From assembly GCA_964016885.1 (NCBI GenBank), contig OZ024758.1, forward strand, positions 14,756,001 through 14,820,000: 64,000 nucleotides of DNA. The letters are read 5' to 3'. Below are positions 55,701 to 64,000 of the stretch, one piece after another (position 1 is the first letter of the stretch; each line of letters begins with the position of its first letter). The notes below the pieces were generated by a model that was given only the letters and a program-made list of their open reading frames with translations, was not told where the DNA came from and ran no database searches. The position numbers and the translations under genes were made by a program. This stretch comes from Eledone cirrhosa. Its lineage: Eukaryota.

Positions 55701-55804
55701 TTACATAAAATTATAATGAAAAGTTCTAGATAATTGTAAACATTTTAAAAATAAAGTTTTCCAATATAAACCCTTGCTATCAGGTAATTATTATTATGAT
55801 TATT

Positions 55805-56190
55805 GGATTGGCAGTATCAGCAGAGCACAAGACACCTTGTTTTGCAGCATAGAGTTACGGCCCTTTACGTTCTGAGTTCAAATCCCGCCAAGGTTAACTT
55901 TGCCTTTCATCTTTATGGGGTCGATAACATAAAGTACCAGTAATGCACTGGGGTCGATTTAATCGACTTACTCTGCCCCCAAATTGCTGGCCTTGTGCCT
56001 GCGGTGGATTGGCAGTATCAGTAGAGGGTCGGACGCCATGCTTTGAAGCATAGAGTTACCTCCCTTTATGATCTGAGTTCAAATCCCGCCGAGGTTAACT
56101 TTGCCTTTCATCCTTACAGGGTCGATAAAATAAAGTACCAGTAATGCACTGGAATAATTGCTGGCCTTGTGCCAAAAGTAGAAACAATTA
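55805..56190 (+). mobile_element. Two tandem SINE family A copies
   Basis: Two head-to-tail A/B-box units. Confidence 0.8.
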
Positions 56191-56394
56191 TGATGATGAT
56201 GATGATGAACCTGGTGCAATTTCAAGCGTTTTGTATCAAAAGGGTTAAATTGATTCAGTATAAGAGTATTAATTTATCAAATTAAAAACAAAATAAGATG
56301 TATTTCAAATTTATCTCTGGTGGGACTTGATCTTAAAATTGTGAGGTATTAAATTATATATTATGAACTACCAAATCAGGCTGGTTACTATTTT

Positions 56395-56588
56395 CAGACC
56401 TGTCAACTCTCCCCATCTAGCGGGGAGATCTCCCACCCACTTTGGGGTGGGTGAGAGGTGTCTTCTCTTGTGAAAATGGGTATAGCTTTCATTATGTAAA
56501 ATCTTGCCATTTTGCCTCATTTCTCCCCATTTTGGGGCACTTTTTTTCAAGGTACTCCCATTTGGGTTTTTAGAGGTTGGCAGGTCTG
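56395..56588. mobile_element. DNA transposon MITE (superfamily uncertain)
   Basis: TIRs CAGACCTGTCAAC / GTTGGCAGGTCTG flanked by tatttt. Confidence 0.6.
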
Positions 56589-57659
56589 TATTTTATCCAT
56601 TTTTTTTCAACATCAACCATTTTCTCTGTTACTACTTCAACCATTTATTCTATTTCTATTTCTACTCCAACCATTTTCTTTGTTATTTAAAATATAAAGA
56701 TGGAAAAGAATTAGATGTTAAAAATAATTATTTTTCAGAATTCAGAAATTTGAAAATCTTTCTTTTATATAATAGCTCTGAGATATCTCTTTGTTTTTCA
56801 TTGGTTTAGTTTAGAGAAAGGGGCAGTGCTTATGGCACTTCTTTGCAGTCTCTTTGTGGTTGGAAATTTTAATAAATAGTTGTTATAGTTTAGCCTGCAG
56901 CCAGTCTTGAGGAAACAGATCTATAATCAAAGGCATTCTTGCCATAACCATCCCATCCTTCTCTTTGGTATTGTATATCTAAAAATAAAGGTGGTAGATT
57001 GTCAGAATTGTTAGAGCAATGGACAACATCTTTGTGGTGTTTAGTTATAGCTCTATTTTCTGAATACAAATCCTGTTGAGATCAATTTTGTCTTTCATCC
57101 TTCTGGGGTTGATAAAATAAATTACTAGTTATGAAGATGAAGAATTCACATATATTCTATGGACAAATGCAGCAGTGAAAGCATTTATTATATTTGTTGT
57201 CAATACTAACTTACAACAGGAGAAAAGGTAAAGAAATGATCTATTGGGGTTAATTTAATTGACTTTACTCTTCCTCAAAAGTTCTGGCCTCCTGATTAAA
57301 CTAGAAACCATTGTATATCTAAAAATAAGCCAACCCCACCAATTGATGTCTGAGAAATGGGTAAAAATCCAAACCTTATTTATGCAAAATGTGAAGTTGG
57401 TGAAAATCTTCAAAACATTGACCCTGAATATAGTCCCCCGCCCTTCTATCATCGATTTTTTAAACACATTCCTCAGCTTATATTCGAGTATATACAGTAA
57501 TTGAAACATAGGCAGTGTATTTCATTAGAAATATGGTAACGAAAGAGTTAAAATAAAACAGGTTTGTATTGTAGAACCAGAGGTGGTTTTTTTACAGTTT
57601 TGTATCAAAAGGAGCACTCTAGCCAATACTGGTACTTACTTTATTAAATTTGAAACTTT

Positions 57660-58526
57660 TCTTCTTCGCCCACATATTCCTGAGAGGTTCATGGAGGCAC
57701 AGTCCTCAAACACTTCTTCCAGTGGGTCCTGTCAGAAGCAACCGTCTTCCAAGCATGACCAGCCAAGCTCATGGATGTTATCCAACCATCTTGCTCAGGG
57801 TCTACTCCTGGGTCTCCTGCCTGTTGATTTTGCCTGTAAAATCTGTCCAACGATTCTTTCCTGAGACATTCTAACTACATGACCATTGTATCAGAACTCT
57901 GATCTCTCAATTCAGAGAAGTAGCAGCCCTACCTGGAGTGACTTTCTGATCTCTGAGGTACAAATCTGTCCAGTAATTCTTTCCTGAGACATTCTAACCA
58001 CATGTCCATAGTATCGGAGCTGTGATCTCTCAATTCAAAGAAGTAGCAACTCTACCTGGTGTGACTCTCTGATCTTCAAGCTACAAATCTGTCCAGCAAT
58101 TCTTTCCTGAGACATTCTAATCACATGTCCACAGTATCGGAGCTGTGATCTCTCAATTCAAAGAAGTAGCAACTCTACCTGGTGTGACTCTCTGATCTTC
58201 AAGCTACAAATCTGTCCAGCAATTCTTTCCTGAGACATTCTAATCACATGTCCACAGTATCGGAGCTGTGATCTCTCAATTCAAAGAAGTAGCAACTCTA
58301 CCTGGTGTGACTCTCTGATCTTCAAGCTACAAATCTGTCCAGCAATTCTTTCCTGAGACATTCTAATCACATGTCCACAGTATCGGAGCTGTGATCTCTC
58401 AATTCAAAGAAGTAGCAACTCTACCTGGTGTGACTCTCTGATCTTCAAGCTACAAATCTGTCCAGCAATTCTTTCCTGAGACATTCTAATCACATGTCCA
58501 TAGTATCGGAGCTGTGATCTCTCAAT
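57660..58526 (-). mobile_element. RTE LINE fragment with a 123 bp tandem array
   Basis: Antisense RTE C-terminus. aaatctg recurs every 123 bp from 57839. Confidence 0.75.
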
Positions 58527-59023
58527 TTGAAACTCGTTCATAGCAATCTAGAAGTCAAAGCTTTATATAATGTAGGAGGTTACTCATATGTCCCCCTTTA
58601 CATATCATTGAAGTAATAACAACAACAACAGCAGCAACAATAACAACAACAACCACAACAACAACAAATGCTAGGTTTTTCAGTGCATATAGAAAGAATA
58701 ATCCCTTTGCTGGAATTCAGCTGTGACAATGTAAGATTAACCCCAATGTCAGCTCATAGAAGCCTCCGGCAAAAATATTGATTCATAGGAATTCTTTGGA
58801 AAATTTTCCCTCTAAAATGTCTGAGATACTCATCTGGGGAAGAAATACAGGTATTTCTTGCTCATACACCTGTCACTTCACTCTTTAAGATCAATACTTC
58901 CTTTCTACCTGTTTTAGTTTGTCCTTTCAGAGAAATAGGACGACTTGGCAGTCAGCTTAATAACTAATGTTAAAACATAGTGGAAACTTTATCTTTCAAC
59001 ATATATTATTATGTGTATATATA

Positions 59024-59210
59024 GGGCGGTGAATTGGCAGTATCGGTAGAGGGTCGGACGCCATGCTTTGATGCATAGAGTTACGGTCCTAGCCATTCTG
59101 AGTTCAAATCCCGCTGAGGTTAACTTTGCCTTTCATCCTTACGGGGTCGATAAAATAAAGTACCAGTAATACACTGGGCAATTGCTGGCCTTGTGCCAAA
59201 AGTAGAAACA
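59024..59210 (+). mobile_element. tRNA-derived SINE family A (Meta-domain-like), full length with TSD
   Basis: A box TGGCAGTATCGG, B box GAGTTCAAATCC and body gcctttcatccttacggggtcgataaaataaagtaccag. A 19 bp direct repeat attattatgtgtatatata lies at 59005-59023 and 59211-59229. Other copies at ~5340, 11065, 11860, 18415, 26405, 33735, 33915, 44630, 45570, 46045, 52770, 54535, 55805, 56000 and 61065. Confidence 0.85.
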
Positions 59211-59777
59211 ATTATTATGTGTATATATACTTATCCGTGTATATCAAATGTAAATCTATATATCTATCTATTATCCATACATCTCTCTCTATCTCCCCTC
59301 CCTCTCGGTTCTCTGTTTCTCTTACTTTCTTTCGTCCCCTCTGCCACGTCAGTTAACTCTTTCTCTCTACTGACCTCTTCCTCGCACTCCCACTCACTCA
59401 GTCCCTGTTTCTCCCCTTCTTTCTTCCTCCCGTTCGCTGGGAAAACGGTTTTCATTCTTTCTAACACCGGATTCACTAGCGAAAGGTCTGTTTTCTGACT
59501 CGCTCATATATTCACACAGCTTACGCTGAAAGAATAACTATGTTGCTTGTGTTTATTTCCATCTTCGGTTAGCTTCCCCCTGTGTTGTTTACTTATCTCA
59601 CTCGCTTTACGCGTTTCTATTGTCCTAATAACTTACTTTAGTTATTATCGCTCCAACGTGAGGTATATGATTTTTAATGCGATGAAATACCCATGATCGT
59701 TTGGTAAATCACTGATGAGGGACTCATTTTATAACATGTTATCCATGTGCAACCAGCAGTATTCTTCTCACCCATAT

Positions 59778-59808
<31 letters not shown>

Positions 59809-59896
59809 CGTAGGTCCCGGGTTGAGTCGGGGATAACCACAGTAAGTAAGGTACTCAATACATGGCAGAGTAAAATTTTTTTATTTTATAGAAGGA

Positions 59897-59945
59897 GCTT
59901 CTACAGGACTAGTACTGTTTCATTCAGATGAAATCTTCAGGAAGC
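59897..59945 (-). ncRNA. Type-I hammerhead ribozyme, inverted partner copy
   Basis: Exact reverse complement of the + copy, with a 5 bp stem I (gcttc/gaagc). Confidence 0.7.
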
Positions 59946-59968
59946 CCAATCTTCAGGAAGCTCAATTC

Positions 59969-60019
59969 AGCTTCCTGAAGATTTCATCTGAATGAAACAG
60001 TACTAGTCCTGTAGAAGCT
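59969..60019 (+). ncRNA. Type-I hammerhead ribozyme
   Basis: agcttc-CTGAAGA-t ttc(atct)gaa t-GAAA-cag(tactagtc)ctg-TA-gaagct: 6 bp stem I, GUA cleavage triplet, predicted cut after 60013. Confidence 0.75.
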
Positions 60020-60187
60020 CCTTCTATATATATATATATAACCGGATGGTTGTTTATATATTATCAAAGCTCTTTTGTCACACATTCTTTGACCTCCTCA
60101 GTGACTGATCTCTTATTTTGGGTCTCCTTTGTTCTGTTCCTCCTTCTCCCCCACCCCTTCCTCCTCCTTTTCGTTGTTATTGTTGTT

Positions 60188-60460
60188 ATCATCATCATCA
60201 TCATCATCACCACCACCTTCTTCATCATCACTACCACTACCACCACCACCACCACCACCACCATCTTCATCATTATCACCACCACCACCATCTTCATCAT
60301 TATCACCACCACCACCACCACCACCATCATCATCATCATTATCACTACCACCACCACCACCACCATCATCATTATCACCACCACCACCATCTTCATCATT
60401 ATCACCACCACCACCACCACCACCACCATCATCATCATCATTATCACTACCACTACCACC

Positions 60461-60494
<34 letters not shown>

Positions 60495-60823
60495 TCATCA
60501 CAGTCATCATCATCATCACCATCATCATTACTACAGCCACCACCATAACGATGTCGACCACCACCACGATCATCATTAGTAGTAGTAGTGGTAGTAGTAG
60601 TAGTAGTAGTAGTAGAAATACTAGTCATGGTAGTAGTAGTAGTAGTAGTAGTAGTAGAAATACTAGTTGTGGCAGTAGTAGTAGTAGTAGTACTAATGGT
60701 AGTACTAGTACTAGTGGTAGTAGTAGTAGTAGTAGTAGTAGTACTAATGGTAGTAGTAGTGGTAGTAATAGTACTAGTAGTAGTACTAGTAGTAGTAAGT
60801 AGCAGTAGCAGTAGTAGTAGTAG
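60188..60823. repeat. (CAT/CAC)n followed by (TAG)n trinucleotide arrays
   Basis: Source of the poly-His, -Thr, -Gly, -Asp and -Ser ORFs in the track. Confidence 0.9.
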
Positions 60824-61380
60824 TTATCTTCAAACAATATAAAAGAAGAACTTGAGGAATATATCTGTAACAATGCGACTTCAAAAGAAAGTCTGTTGTA
60901 GCCAAAGTTGATTTTAATCAGAAGAGGAAAGTCAAATTTCTTGTCCCTAGACCCAGTCATTGGTTTAGCCAGCGCTAATATAGATGAAACAAAGAAAAGA
61001 AAAAAAAAATCAATCAATATAAGAACCGTATTGACCAAAACTGAACCAAAATATAGGGAGTTATTTGTCCCTTTACGATCTGAGTTCAAATCCCGCCGAG
61101 GTTGACTTTGCCTTTCATCCTTACGGGGTCGATAAAATAAAGTACCAGTAATGCACTGGGTAATTGCTGGCCTTGTGCCTAAAGTAGAAACAGTTATTTG
61201 TTCCTGTTCTAGTTGTTTGTGTTGTTTTTTCTGTGAAGGTCCTGTATGGCTTAGTGGTTAAGCTGTTTGGTTCACAACCATAAGGTCATGAGTTTGATTC
61301 CCAGTAACACATTATGTCCTAATGTAAGACACTTTATTTCTCATTGCTCCAGTATAATCTCCTCCTCCACCACCGCCACT

Positions 61381-62350
61381 TTCTTCTTCTTCTTCTTCTT
61401 CTTCTTCTTCTTTGATCACTTATTCCTGAGAGGGCCGTGGAGTCCTCAAACACTCCTTCCAGCAAGGTCCTATCAGAAGCAACCGTCTCCAACAGATCCA
61501 GCTGGATCCCCAAGCGTGACCAGCCTAGCTCATGGATGTTATTCAACCATCTTGGTCGGTGTTTACCCATGGGTCTCCTGCTGGTGGGTTTTACCCATAA
61601 AATCTGTCCAGTGATTCTTTCCTCAGACATTCTAACCACATGTCTATAGTATCGGAGCTGTGATCTCTCAATTCAGAGAAGTAGCAGCTCAACCTGGAGT
61701 GACTCTCTGATCTCTGAGCTACAAATCTGACCAGTGATTCTTTTCTGAGACATTCTAACCACATGCCCATAGTATCAGAGCTGTGATCTCTCAATTCAGA
61801 GAAGTAGCGGCTCTACCTGGAGTGACTCTCTGATCTCTGAGCTACAAATCTGACCAGTGATTCTTTTCTGAGACATTCTAACCACATGCCCATAGTATCG
61901 GAGCTGTGATCACTCAATTCAGAGAAGTAGCGGCTCTACCTGGAGTGACTCTCTGATCTCTGAGCTACAAATCTGACCAGTGATTCTTTTCTGAGACATT
62001 CTAACCACATGCCCATAGTATCGGAGCTGTGATCACTCAATTCAGAGAAGTAGCGGCTCTACCTGGAGTGACTCTCTGATCTCTGAGCTACAAATCTGAC
62101 CAGTGATTCTTTTCTGAGACATTCTAACCACATGCCCATAGTATCGGAGCTGTGATCACTCAATTCAGAGAAGTAGCGGCTCTACCTGGAGTGACTCTCT
62201 GATCTCTGAGCTACACACTTTATCGAGAAATATTACTCCAAAGACACTTTAAAGGAACCCCATTTTAGCCGCTTGTATTCACACTCGTATTCTTTTGGTC
62301 ATTACTCAAGATTCATGACCAGAAGTAAGGGTTGGCACGAATACCGAATT
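61381..62350 (-). mobile_element. RTE LINE fragment with a 123 bp tandem array and (GAA)n tail
   Basis: RPMGKHRPRWLNNI...DRTL. aaatctg recurs every 123 bp from 61600. Confidence 0.75.
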
Positions 62351-62436
62351 GAAGATAGCAAGAGAGAGAAAGGGGGGGGGAGATAGATAGAGAGCTAGAG
62401 GGAGAGATGGAAAGAGAAATTTAGAGAGATAGATAT

Positions 62437-63017
62437 GTTTCTTTATTAGCCACAGGGGCACAAAAGAAGGGGACAAATACAAAGGAGGAAGTTTACATAC
62501 AATAAAACGTGTAAAATATTATCACAAATGCAATTTAAAAATTAGTTGATTTTCCCCAATAGGGGGAGACAGTTCATATGGGTAACACATACCCCCGAAA
62601 AAATGTGCAACCCTCATCTCCAGGAGTACAAAGAGTTTGTACTCCTTTCCTCTCCTCCTCCTTTTCCTCAACCTACAGGCTGATATAGAGAGAAGGCCCA
62701 TTCACTTGGACCATTCTCGCCACTTTCACCCACCTTTCATAAAACTTACTGGGGTACAGCACCTCTCTCTCCATCCTGATTCTTCTTCCAAAGTGGTATT
62801 TGAAGAAAAGAATCAGTTGTTGGCCGGAGAGAAAGGTGTCTGACCTCAGCCCTTTCAACCTTGTCCACCATACAACCTCTTTCGCCATAGCTATCACACA
62901 AGGGAAAACCGCCTCTCCTTCGTTTTTGAAAGAGGGTGGCGGTTTGATCATGACAATGGACTCGGTGGTCAACCGGATTGGTCCCACCCGCGACAATAGT
63001 CGTTCTACATAGCCCCA
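62437..63017 (-). mobile_element. L1/Tx1-like LINE 3' end (ORF2 C-terminus plus 3'UTR)
   Basis: ORF 62673-62996 (...AKEVVWWTRLKG...FYERW) resembles Tx1 ORF2 tails. The 3'UTR ends in AATAAAGAAAC. Flanked by GATA/GA repeats. Confidence 0.6.
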
Positions 63018-63575
63018 CAGATAGATAGAGAAAGAGAGACATGACCCATACCAAATTGGTCTTTTAATTTATCGACCTCAAAATGTTGAAAGCCCAAGTC
63101 AACCTCCCCAGAATCTGAACTTAGAGCAAAACACAAACCAAAGATCTGGTGGTGTTCTAACAAATTTGCCAATTTACTGGCCTGGAAAATTATTTTTCAG
63201 ATTAAAACTTGCTCAATTTTTTTGTTGTTGATTTTTTTAAAATTTTCTTTTTACTGCCAATTAGATGTGTCTTACTTTCTTCACATCAATGATGCTTTGG
63301 GGAGAGCTGAAAATCTTAGAAATTCCAATTTATTTTTCAGTAAATACCTCAACTCTTATGCTTGTTTAAAGGAAGAAGGAAAGGAAAAAAAAAATTATTA
63401 CAAGCTGGTAATAAAAAGTTCCATTTTTGTATTTATTTCTATACAGCTGTTATTTTCTCCTCCTTCTTTTCACTAATTCTAATGTCATATTCCAAACGCA
63501 TTGTTATACAAGTTGTCTTAAAAAAAAAAATTCTTTTGAATCTTTTTCTCAGTTCTTTATTTTTTGTCATATATA

Positions 63576-63623
<48 letters not shown>

Positions 63624-63751
63624 CATATTTGTATATATATATATGTGTATATATATATATATATATATTTGTATATATATTTGTATATATATTTGTATAC
63701 ATATTTGTATATATACATATTTATATATATATATATATGTATACATATTTG

Positions 63752-63791
<40 letters not shown>

Positions 63792-63890
63792 GAATGAGAG
63801 AATGCGAAGTAGTTTCTCCACTTCTACAATCGGTTACGCCATAAAGCGCTCAACATTTAGGAGCTAAAATTCTTATATATATACATACAA

Positions 63891-63978
<88 letters not shown>

Positions 63979-64000
63979 GTGTATATATATATATATATAT

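Larger units (their letters stand above)
59809..60028. mobile_element. Penelope-like pLTR remnant with ~59 bp inverted repeat
   Basis: Arms at 59887-59945 and 59970-60028 carry one hammerhead each. The left copy continues on the minus strand through AATAAA. Flanked by (TA)n. Confidence 0.6.

Noticed and set aside
59711-59740. Other CTGATGA hits (also ~8229, 22549, 36287, 46284)
   Set aside because: No downstream GAAA with stems I and III, so not hammerheads. No convincing C/D box partner either.
60050-60842. Poly-His, Gly-Asp and Ser ORFs
   Set aside because: Trinucleotide microsatellites open in several frames, with no splice or gene context.

Overview
AT-rich, repeat-dense eukaryotic DNA. 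The repeat landscape resembles a coleoid cephalopod such as Octopus, which is an inference. The only confidently identifiable protein-coding gene is 40S ribosomal protein S5 (RPS5/uS7) on the + strand. It has a short non-coding TCT/5'TOP exon at ~35931-35954 and four coding exons (39635-39742, 40312-40521, 41667-41894, 42713-42781) giving 204 aa. A possible divergent minus-strand gene starts near 30.2 kb behind RFX X-box-like motifs. The rest is two tRNA-derived SINE families, piggyBac/hAT/Tc1-mariner MITEs, RTE and Tx1-like LINE remnants, a probable Helitron, and micro/minisatellites. Almost all ORFs in the supplied track are repeat artefacts. The most notable hidden signal is a set of seven type-I hammerhead ribozyme motifs of at least four sequence families. 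They sit in short Penelope-pLTR/retrozyme-like elements next to (TA)n tracts. Two sets form divergent inverted pairs, and one family carries the compensatory U3:A8 core variant.
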